DNA of 63,965 bases, counting the filler, from Choristocarpus tenellus KU-1152 (taxonomy: Eukaryota; Protista; Phaeophyceae): assembly GCA_964200185.2 (NCBI GenBank). It is 16 parts of 16 records of this genome, joined end to end, with 100 filler letters (N's around TTAATTAATTAA, not from the genome) between each part and the next. Parts side by side here need not be neighbours in the genome. Positions count along the whole stretch, not along the records: positions 37,764 to 42,029 come from CAXNAD020015400.1; positions 42,130 to 46,815 come from CAXNAD020013468.1; positions 46,916 to 49,838 come from CAXNAD020023626.1; positions 49,939 to 52,517 come from CAXNAD020026599.1; 12 more parts are not named here. The stretch is one strand, 5' to 3'. Every line of letters starts with the position of its first letter. Positions within the stretch are counted from its first letter, which is position 1. Shown in pieces: positions 39,781 to 50,019 of this stretch. The notes under the pieces were generated by a model, which saw nothing but the letters and a program-made list of their open reading frames with translations, was not told the DNA's origin and did not search any database. The position numbers and the translations under genes were made by a program.

Positions 39781-41029
39781 TAATTGCTGCTCGCGGTAGT
39801 AACAAGCATGAGTGGCGATACATACCACATTGAGTATATTAACCATTATGCCAGTGATATCTGCTCTCATCTACGAGTTAAGCAGGGTCAAGTTTGTGCA
39901 TATTATTTTGTTGTTTTTGTGCATTCGTTTGTTCCAGTGGCAGTCATGTGTTGTGTTCTACATGCAGCAGTACCAATAGTATTAACGCTATTTGTATACC
40001 ACAAAGACTTACTGAGATTGATGGTAGATAACCTTGCTTACAGTGATAGGGGCTTGATATTCAACGGGCAAGGGTGTAGGTAATGATCAACGTGGTGGTA
40101 AGTACGGAAATGAGGTGGTGGTGGTGCAGGTACCTGTAAAAGGGAAGTTGGGGGCATTGTAGCTGCAGAACATGTCAGTCTGCAGTCAATCAAGTCCTTA
40201 AAGCCAGCCCCACCTAGAGTTTCGCGAACGCAAATATATCAATAGTTTTCCATTTACCTGATACATTAAAAATAGAGTATAGTACAAGATGAAGGGAGTG
40301 GCGAGGAGGTTTCCCACCAACCCCCCAAACACCCCACAGAAGGACCAATATTTTCGAGGTTGTCTCATTAATGTGTCCTCTTCCCACTACCGGAAACACC
40401 ACCACTTCATCACAACCCAACCCATTTCTTTTGCGGAAAAGACTGAGGAGTGATTTCTCGCTCCCCACTTCAACTTCCCTTCACCCAGCATAAGCAGTGT
40501 GGAAGGGCATGACCAATATACTTCACTGCAAATAAGTGCCATACACCATCATATTAATTGATACAACAACACAACAGTCCGCTTCATATACTACTCAGTA
40601 TTACGTTCCATAATCTCAAACCCTTGTTTACAGGCAAGGCAGAGAAGCAACAAGGGGAAGAAATAATGGTAAAAATGCAGAAACTTCGAAGGAGAAATAT
40701 GCACTGACACTATTATTTCCTCTTTGATTTCCACTGTGGTTCAGTAAACACTTCAGACTACGCACCCTGCAACATCTGTTGAGCAGAAAAAGCTTGGTTG
40801 TGCGTAAAGTTGAAATTCGATCTAGGCGATGGTTGACCTCATTTCAAAATAGAAGGCGAAATGAACCAACGGGGTTGTCAGCTAGGAAGGGGGAAGCTTA
40901 AGCCTCCCCTGCAACCAACTGTGACCATCACGATAACCGGAGATACACACGTTTTACAAGACAGAATAATCACATGAGGGCTAGTTGCTTCTTCACAAGT
41001 CATTCACACCTGGTGGAGATTTCACACAA

Positions 41030-41650
41030 ACGTTGTGGTGCATCTGTATTATTGTGATTATGACTACGATTACCCAACTGCTGTGAATACCTTTACAGCC
41101 AAGGGCACAACATTTGCAAGAGTCCTGCTGCTGCAGCTGTGTGTCCTTGGCTTGTACTAAATTCCAGACCAGGTTTTTAATATATGAGCGATAGACACAC
41201 AGATAGGCTACTGCCTTCCTCACACTGAATGGCATACTTTAGGCTGCCACCACACCTGGCGCAAAACACACATTTCTTCCTGCCTTCTCCTAAAAGCAAG
41301 GCTCCATAGGGACATCTCTGCGCCAAAAATGCTAAACCAATCATTTGACAAAGTCAGGGTAAGAGGGGTGCACAATTGCTTCACTGCACAAAGTGCACTC
41401 AAGAGAGGTAAGTAACTCAATGGGATTATTCTGCCCACACGATTCAGCTCTCTCCAGATTTCTTACAGCTACAGACAAACTTCTTCCTCAGCCAACAACA
41501 CATTTTCTCCATGCATAGCTGACAGCTATCCTCTGTCCAACGCCTGTTAAAAACGCCTTCCAGTTCACAATCTGGACGGGATTGTTCTTTGCTGAATAGG
41601 GGGTCAACAATGAAAGGAGGTAGACCCTTCATAATCCTTTCTCTCCTTTG
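41030..41650 (-). pseudogene. Coding-like segment with stops or frameshifts, product unknown
   Basis: Consecutive reading frames (PPFIVDPLFSKEQSRPDCELEGVFNRRWTEDSCQLCMEKMCCWLRKK; LRQVWWQPK; LVQAKDTQLQQQD) with exon-like composition and excess Trp/Cys. Confidence 0.4.
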
Positions 41651-42129
41651 CAGTCCAGATGTGCGCTTTACACACTACCATGCTCTTAATAATGTACCTT
41701 CACATTGTGTTCAATAAGTGCAGTGGTAGGATTTGCATCGAGCCACTGTGGACAGGAAGCGAAGGAGAGACCGCGTAGGGTACTCAGGCCCTAACTCAAT
41801 GCTATTCCTGATGGCTACCAATATGATATGCTCCTTACTGCAGCCACATAGTCTACATCTTAAGAGTGAGCTACTTCTTAAGCAACCATAAAAAGAAGTA
41901 AAGGGGATTGCAAATGGGTATAAATCTCATACTCAGAAAAAAAAGCAACACCTACAGTCCCCCCCCCCCCCACCAAAACAAACCAACATCCTCCTCATTT
42001 GCACACACGCTGCACAAAACCCCCCCCCCNNNNNNNNNNNNNNNNNNNNNNNNNNNNNNNNNNNNNNNNNNNNTTAATTAATTAANNNNNNNNNNNNNNN
42101 NNNNNNNNNNNNNNNNNNNNNNNNNNNNN

Positions 42130-42302
42130 CTGTCGCAAGTGTCTGGGATTGGTCACGTGAAGAGATTCCATGGTTTCATTCTGACGGAAGGTCCGCCAGT
42201 GGAATCATGGATGCTTGACTGGGAACCTCAATTGATACAACGATATAACGGTATATGGCATACGGCAATAACGATATAACGACAGACAAACATGCTTTTC
42301 AC
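42130..42302 (-). repeat. Second copy of a segment of the Gypsy-like element (matches about 51906-52078)
   Basis: TGAAGAGATTCCATGGTTTCATTCTGACGGAAGGTC.GCCAGTGGAATCATGGAT...CAGACAAACATGCTTT is shared. Confidence 0.85.
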
Positions 42303-43075
42303 ATATAGTGTCATTTCCCAAATGTGTAACAGGAAGAACCAATGAAAAATTAGTTCAATATTTTAATATTATGCCCTTTGACATTTTGCAAATGTGTCAG
42401 GGGGAACCCCTATAAAAGTAACGCTTGTAAATGAAAAAAAAAAATCCTTTATTTACTATTTGACTACCAGGTATACTACACCAATCCCCTCCTATGCCTC
42501 CAACCTAGCTTAGCACTACACCACAAGGCGAGGAGGTAGGGAAGCATCCCAAGAATCTGACAGACAGGCCGGTCCTTGCCCATCTCCCTTATGTCTCCAG
42601 CTTAAAACGCATGACACGTCCTGATAGAGCCACTTGTGTTGTGACAGACACTATCTGTCCTAAACGGGATTTGACACCTCATTTCGTACTGTACCTTCCC
42701 GCCCCTCTCCCCCCTACCACGTGCATAGCCAACTCATCCAGTCGGTTCAGCTCAAATACTATTTATCCATGGCCACCAATTATTTCGACGTGATCGGGCC
42801 ATGAGCCTTGAGTACAAATATTTTTTGACAGGGCCTGTCCACGGTCGTCAACTTTTACAACATGGCCAGGCTACAGGCGAGCCCAGTACCACCAGTATAT
42901 TCAAACTGGGCTGGTCCATGGCCATCAACTGCCTCAACATGTCTGGGCCATGTGCCAGCCTACGGGCATGTTCTGGACCCTAGACATTATCTACAACATT
43001 TGATGAAAAGCCTAGCCATGAAGATTTCATATTTGGTCAGGTGCGACATACTTCCTCACTTGCCCGCTAACAGAC

Positions 43076-43334
43076 GAGCCAATGTATCTTAGAGGGTACA
43101 ACCGCGTCCATTTGGGGACCAAAATCTGAAGTTGCAATTTTGATGTAATTTTGGCTATCGTGTTTGTTCGGACATGTCAACAACCTTGTTCCAGACACAC
43201 CTTTTCATAAAGTATACGTTTTATCTACTCTGAAACATTTTGGAGGGAGTAAAATGTCATTAAAAGCCCGTGAGAAGCCAAGCCCCAAATGGACAAACAG
43301 GGAAAAACTCGTAACCTCTAATATACTTTCACTC
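43076..43334 (+). mobile_element. MITE family A, TSD AGAC
   Basis: Family A TIRs and interior; AGAC on both sides. Confidence 0.93.
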
Positions 43335-44590
43335 AGACACAACAATGGGTGATGCCAGAGGTGTTTCTACAATTATCTCCTTGTTTTTGTTTAAAAAACA
43401 CACCTCCAACAACTCTACCTGTGCATTGTTGGGAGGGGTATAGTACATCAAGCTCTTTCTCTTCTTGTCCTGCAAATTCCGTACAGCATAACTTGTGTAG
43501 TGCATATCTCATTGGATCGTGTACAACCCCTCCGAAGATGAATATTGTAAGTATCTAGGACTCTAGAAGAGGACAGCTTGTTTATGGTTGGACCGAGCGC
43601 TTCTTTCGTTGGAAATTGTTACTAAAACTCCTTGTGCTACATCCTAGAGTTGCATTATTGCTTGTTCTCTGCATGATCAAACCAAATGTCACATTTTGGC
43701 TAGTATAGGTAGGTTATCTTTTTGCCCTGGTTGGACATAATGCAGACATACATCCATTGTTCTGTAGTACCACTGCAAAGACCTTGTTTGTCACTTGTAA
43801 CCTCCAACATGACTCAAGTACTGTGGTTGTTTTCTCGTTGATGATCAAATATGATACTCAGGTTACAAGTAGTAGTACGCAGCAGTCTTGAGATGTACAC
43901 TACCTCAACTGCCAAAAATACACATTTTTTCAGAGCAGTTTTCTCAGAGGCATTTTTTAAAATAAATGTTGATTGCTTCTTAGCACGTTGCATTCTACAA
44001 GATGGAACTAAGTCGAGAATAATGCAGGGCAGTGCAGTCCCTGCTCTTGTAACAAGCAGACCCCTCCCAGGTATGACGAACAACCCCCTCTGAGAACACC
44101 TCAAACACGTTGGGCGTGCAAGTATTTCCCCCTTTTTTGAGATGCATTTCGACCAAGGTTGGAGGAAGTGTTACAGGCGAATAGTGCGAGTATTTCTTCT
44201 TGTGTTCTAACAAGGTGTGAGCATTTGTTACGCGCGAATAGCACGAGGATTCTTCTCATGCTTTAGCAAACACGAACGTTTGTGACAGATGAATAGTGCG
44301 AGGATTGCTTCTCGCGTTCTAACAAGTGCGAACAACACACGATATTAATAACACATAGGTAGCTTTACAGAATAAATGCTGAGTTCATAGAAGATTCGGA
44401 ATGCATACGTATCATTACAGAAGAAAAATGTCAAAGTTCCTAAGAAGTTGCAGAATGAGGGTTATGATTGGAGTATGTATAGAGCAGTTGAATAGAAGAC
44501 CAAAGAAATTGGGTGGATGATGAAAATAATAAGAGGGCTTTTAGTGAAAACACTTTTACCCCTCTTACCAGTCTTTTATCATGAATGAAA

Positions 44591-44849
44591 GAGTCAAAGT
44601 ATCTTAGAGGGTAGAGCCGTGTCCATTTGGAGGTCAAAATCCAATGTTCCGATTTTGATGTAATTTTGGCTATCGTGTTTGCTAGGAAGTGTCAATATCC
44701 TTGTTCCGGACACACCTTTTTGTAGCTTACACATTTTACCTACTCCGAAACATTATAGAGTAGAAAAATGTCTTAAAAATAAACACGGGAAGCCAAGCCC
44801 CAAATGGACAAACTGGGCAAAACTCGTACCCTCTAAGATACTTTCGCTC
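44591..44849 (+). mobile_element. MITE family A, TSD AAA
   Basis: Near-consensus copy. Confidence 0.94.
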
Positions 44850-45273
44850 AAACTTTGAGTCGAGCTTTGAGCTAAGTACTGGGTGGAATATCAAGAGAGA
44901 AGGCTACCTGACAGCCTACAAACTGTTACCCAGGGCAACGCCCCCATAGTGTCATTTTAAGGTCGTTGGATTTGAGTTTACACATCCTGTGGAGGTGAGT
45001 TCAGGGGCATGCTGTAACGGAAGTAGCATGGTTGGTCGACGTGTGTGTGATACCGACGTCTCCTTGCTGAAGGTAATATAGTTTCTTGACTGGTTGCAAT
45101 CGCATGAACACTCATGCAAGGAGTGAAGGAATGACCCGAAATTCTAATGTGCACTTGGTAGATCAATGAGTTGCTGCTGACCATAATCATAATCATCATC
45201 ATCTCCTGCTGCTGCTGCTACTACTATATAATGTTGCTGGTTGTTATTGTTAGTCCATGTCAATTCTTACCAC

Positions 45274-46371
45274 CTAACTAGGGTCCCACTTGTCTGGATC
45301 TGGGAGCTGCACTACATTGGACCAAGGACCAGCCTTTCCCAGCCCCACAGCATTTGCAGCGGAAACACGGAAAGCATACTGCCCTTGTCGAACCAAATTT
45401 TTCATTATCACCCAGTGAATGTTCCCACTCACTCTGCACTTGTCAACTTCAAGTATGCTGTGACTCTCTCCTACCATACCACTACTGTTTCTCTCTTTCT
45501 TGACCATATCAATACCTCCCTGGTCAGCTGATAGTGGGTCTGAAACTGCCACCTCAAAACTGTCAGAACCACCTCTACCACTGGCATTGACTTCACTGCA
45601 ACCACTATCACCACTGCTGCCAATATCATCACCTTTGTGCATAACTTTATCCGTCACCTTTGCCACCTCGCTTTGTCTGACCTGCTGAGTAATGCTCCAG
45701 AAGTCCTGTCCACAATCATTACCCTCGTCTCCAGAGGTAAAAATTCCCCCTATCCCCTCCCTCAACACAGTCAATCTTGCTCCCTCAACTTCATAATACT
45801 CCAGTGGCGCCCCATTACAAAGAGGTTCCTTCCAGGTGACCACACACGACCTGGGAGCACTATTTGCTACCCGAGGGGGAGGTACAGTTGAAGGTGCCAA
45901 CGGCATTGTTGTACGTAAGCGACGGCAAGGGGGTCCAGGCTCCCCGGAACCATTTCGATTGACTGCTGTAGTGCGGAACGAATAATAAGTCTTGGGCTTG
46001 AGGTCCCTCACAACCACTTCCAACTCGTGGGCCCCTGGGGAGACATTGTGGCACCCAGATTGCTCCCAAAATGGCACTGTAGTCCCCCCATGCTCTCGGA
46101 TCTCTAGAACCACAGCAGTAATGGGGTCACCACCATCTTCCTCTGGTAGCATGATGGAGATTGGCAAGGAGGTTGGACCCGGGTCAGAACCCTGAGTCAA
46201 TGTCGGGTGCAGTGGCTGACCAGGGCACTCTGTGAGGGTCCAACCTGACTCTCCAGGCTCAGACCAAGGGCCAACACCCTCATTGTTGAGTGCACGCACC
46301 TGGAAGGAGTACTTATGCCCCTTTTGAAGTCCTTGAAAGCAATGAGAGTTTGTTGTACGACTGCAATGCAC
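45274..46371 (-). CDS. Fibronectin type III repeat protein, large terminal exon
   Basis: Three FN3 repeats: GLQKGHKYSFQVRALNNEGVGPWS, DLKPKTYYSFRTTAVNRNGSGEPG and NLVRQGQYAFRVSAANAVGLGKAGPWS. Likely acceptor CCCAG|GTG at 46371; stop at 45274. Confidence 0.85.
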   Translation of the reverse strand: MHCSRTTNSHCFQGLQKGHKYSFQVRALNNEGVGPWSEPGESGWTLTECPGQPLHPTLTQGSDPGPTSLPISIMLPEEDGGDPITAVVLEIREHGGTTVPFWEQSGCHNVSPGAHELEVVVRDLKPKTYYSFRTTAVNRNGSGEPGPPCRRLRTTMPLAPSTVPPPRVANSAPRSCVVTWKEPLCNGAPLEYYEVEGARLTVLREGIGGIFTSGDEGNDCGQDFWSITQQVRQSEVAKVTDKVMHKGDDIGSSGDSGCSEVNASGRGGSDSFEVAVSDPLSADQGGIDMVKKERNSSGMVGESHSILEVDKCRVSGNIHWVIMKNLVRQGQYAFRVSAANAVGLGKAGPWSNVVQLPDPDKWDPS

Positions 46372-47771
46372 CTGGGTGTCAGAGGGGAGGACAAGTGTCG
46401 CACATGTTGACGTGTGGGGTAGCAGCATGTGTGGACGGATTGAGATAGGATTAAGTCATCAAGTTCCAATGCAAAGAGAAAGAGAAAGGAGAGGACTGCT
46501 GCTGTCTTGGGTGGTGGAGAATAGACTCATGGCATCAGTAGTCTGACCACATATTCCTGTGTGTGTCAAACGCTTTCCTAGTGGTAAGGCGATGTGTCGC
46601 ACTTAATTCATCACAGTCTAAGGCCTGCTTCAAACTTTACTTTACTCATTGTACACTCACATAATACATATAACTAAATCAAATCAATGAAGATATTGTT
46701 GATCGATGAGGAGATACCATGGCTCCGATCTCCTTCAAAGGAATTTCAAACAACACAGAGGGGCACCATATAATTGGTGCATTTGTGACATGTTGCGACC
46801 CAAAGTATCTGGGGGNNNNNNNNNNNNNNNNNNNNNNNNNNNNNNNNNNNNNNNNNNNNTTAATTAATTAANNNNNNNNNNNNNNNNNNNNNNNNNNNNN
46901 NNNNNNNNNNNNNNNCATCAGGAGTCCTATACGTGCATCAGTATCATCTATTAGGCCTGTAGATTGGAGCTATACATCCTGTGGAGGTAAGCTTCTGGAG
47001 CGTGCTGTAACATGGAGGTCCTTCCGATACTTCCACCCTGTAACATTCGATTCTGCGAAATTCACACAAATGGAAACTACTTCATCTACTTATCCACACG
47101 AGAAAACGGACCTGGTGAGACTTAACTAAGTGCAATAAGGTTACTCGCTGGATTTATTTTATTGGTTTGAACCCCCGACAACAGACTTATTTTCATGAAA
47201 ATCTGGCTTTGATTTTCTAAAGTCCATATAAATTGTGTACCCCTTCCTCCTCTCCTGTACTATTTACAGTAATACCTTCCTAGTATCTATGCGTAGCTCA
47301 GGAGGTAGTCTCCCATGTCCCGACATGGGGGTGCTCGGGTCCAGACCCTGGTCGAATCCAAATTTCATTAACAAAATGATTAACTTGGAAGACCCTGTGG
47401 CAAAATACAATATTTGTTTTTCCTCACCAACTTGAATTATTAGGCGCAGGTCGTGTGAACGAGGGGCCAGGGGTCCTGCAAGCGGATTACTTGCGTCACA
47501 ACAGTTACTCTCACCTATTGCGACACTAACCCATTTGCCCTAATCCCTCTTCGAGGCACATATCTGGGAGCTCTAATAATAATATTCATCAATCCCTCAT
47601 CAACACATCAACACTTTGGGTACCCCTCATAAACTACCTACTGCCTCCTGAACATACTCCATAAATGCCTCTGACTTCCATCTCCCTGCCCTCTGTATCT
47701 TGATGGGTGTTATCCCTGCCAACGCCATATTTGTGCCACCACACCTATTCTACCTGTGTGCAACACAAATT

Positions 47772-48029
47772 GAGTGAAATTATCTTAGAGGGTACGAGTT
47801 TTGCCCCATTTGTCCATTTGGGGCTTGGCTTCCCATGGTTTTTTTATTACATTTTCCTACTACTCCAAAATGTTTCGGAGGAGGTAAAATGCATAGTTTA
47901 TGAAAAGGTGTGTCCGGAACAAGGATATTGACACTTAACAAAAATGATGGCCAAAATTACATCAAAATCGCAACATTGGATTTTGGCCACCAATTGGACG
48001 CGTCTCTACCCTCTAAGATACTTTGACTC
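47772..48029 (-). mobile_element. MITE family A inserted in the YR gene, TSD AATT
   Basis: AATT on both sides; removing the element plus one AATT restores the YR frame. Confidence 0.95.
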
Positions 48030-48069
48030 AATTCCTTGGCGTCCGAACCTCCCAACCTATTGCTCCTCA

Positions 48070-48321
48070 CAGTCTAACTGAGAGATAAGCAGGGTTGCAC
48101 TTAAGGATCCCGAGAAAAAACAAAAGATACTATTGTACACAATTCGAGAAAGAATCAGAGTTGAATTGTGATATCGCTTTTTGTGTGGAAAGAGGAATAT
48201 CAATTATTCGTATACTAATGTGCACATAAACCAATAAAATAGAGTGTACTGCACAGGGTGAGAAAGATGGCTTAGGATGCAAAAGGGCTCAAACCTGCCT
48301 ACCTCTCAATTGGTTTGGCTC
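48070..48321 (+). mobile_element. MITE family C inserted in the YR gene, TSD TCA
   Basis: Interior matches the 14170 copy; right TIR CTGCCTACCTCTCAATTGGTTTGGCTC. Confidence 0.88.
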
Positions 48322-49938
48322 TCAACAAGTCTTTCATAGCTTATGTAGCCTCCCTCCTGTCAGTCAACTTTGTGTACCCATTTTAATCCTCATATATCAT
48401 CAAGGGTTCAAAGGAGAGAGTTGGGTCACAATATCCCCATCATTATCTCCACCCCCCCTATTTGACTCTTCTGAATTCTTCTCCCTACCACCATATTTCC
48501 CCTCTCCTTTACTGCTCGTTCCCTTTTTGGGATTGCCTTTCCCCTTCTGAAAATAAATTCCACACAATCTGCTTCCTCCCTATCTCATATTGCCTTCCTG
48601 TCCCCTCTCCAGCAGGTCACATCCCCCCTTACCAGACATGCTTACTCGCCTCTCCCCCCTTTCATCCACAAGAAGCTCAGATCCTCTGCACAGGGTGAAA
48701 TATGACAACATAATCCCATCCGGATTATCTCCCTTCTCTTCCTTTGGAATATAAACTCATTTCCCTTCAACGGCAACCTTGATCCCAGGGGTCTCCTCAC
48801 TCTCTTCATCCCTGTGCTGGTCACAGCATGGCCCTGTGCCACCCCTTCCAACAAGGCTTGCATGCAATAATGACCTGTGGGCAATGCCCATACCCTAAGC
48901 ATCTTACACATATACATACTTCCACCAGCCACCTCCATCTATAGGGATTCTTATATGCCCCTACTCCACAACATCATCCTCCAATGCCATAAATTCTTTC
49001 ACAGCCCTCTCCTCCTCTTCCTCTTTAACCAAACCTTCTACCCCCCCTTCATCCTGAAGGCTTTCCATTGATTGGAATCCTTCATGTGAGCAGCAAGTGT
49101 GTTACCAGCATCCCTCCTCTGCCAATCCTTCAGCATTATGGTATCATTGATATCCTCTCCCCTTGTCTTCCCAGCAGCACCACCTGCCACCTAGGTTTTG
49201 AAAGGGAGGGTTCAACATCTCTACTTTTATGGGTAGGTCTTTCTTATGCCATGAGTAGATTTCATCTGCCGTTATATTCTTCACTGCCTGGATATTTTTA
49301 GCTTTTTCACACCACACGCTTTCTACTTCCAGAGCCCCCAGAATCAGCATTAGCTGTTCCGGTCTCCGATCTCTCTCTCTCTCTCTCTCTCTCTCCTCCC
49401 CACCTACTAGCCCACTGAACCGCAGACGTATCATCCCCTCTCATAACACAGGATCACCTACCCCCCTAGTCTATCTCCTACACAAAAACTATACTATCCC
49501 ACCATTGCCATTGCATGAAGTTTGAGTAGGTTCATTGAAGTCTCATGGTTCTGTACCCTTTCTGCAAATCTCGTTGACCAATCATAACGCCAGCATGCTC
49601 CTACCTCTCAGCAAATAACCCCTCGTCCCCCTTACAGTTGTGTCAAACCACCAGAGCCTCATAGTGGGCCTCATATTGTTCAGATAAGAGGTTGCTACAG
49701 ACTCCCCCTTTTCTCAACCTCTGTACTCTCCAACGCCTACCTTCACCAATTCTCATTCCCCTTAAAATCTAGGCTAAATGCTACCCTTCCCCTCCAACTT
49801 ATTGCATGGCTACTTCTGACCCAAAGCATCTGGGAGGGNNNNNNNNNNNNNNNNNNNNNNNNNNNNNNNNNNNNNNNNNNNNTTAATTAATTAANNNNNN
49901 NNNNNNNNNNNNNNNNNNNNNNNNNNNNNNNNNNNNNN

Positions 49939-50019
49939 GGATAAAATTACATGGAAATCGCAACATTGGATTTCGGCCCCCGAATGGACGCGGCCCTACC
50001 CTCTAAGATACTTTGACTC
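49939..50019 (-). mobile_element. MITE family A end at a contig edge
   Basis: ...CTACCCTCTAAGATACTTTGACTC. Further partial right ends at 52270-52296 and 55334-55385. Confidence 0.88.

Larger units (their letters stand above)
47600..49817 (-). mobile_element. Degenerate DIRS/Ngaro-type tyrosine-recombinase retrotransposon (RNase H then YR)
   Basis: RNase H: SMNLLKLHAM, RGDDTSAVQW, ILGALEV..W..KAKNIQAVKNITADEI. YR N-terminus: LPTGH...LLEGVAQGH...RVRRP. YR C-terminus: DAKEFVLHTGRIG ... IQRAGRWKSEAFMEYV. Confidence 0.8.

Noticed and set aside
43500-44100. Possible hAT catalytic-domain remnant (VTSDK)
   Set aside because: A single weak motif among many stops; not supportable.
15383-46371. Functional gene cluster of dynein, THOC6, FN3 and ParB-like genes
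   Set aside because: Each lies on a different contig separated by artificial linkers.
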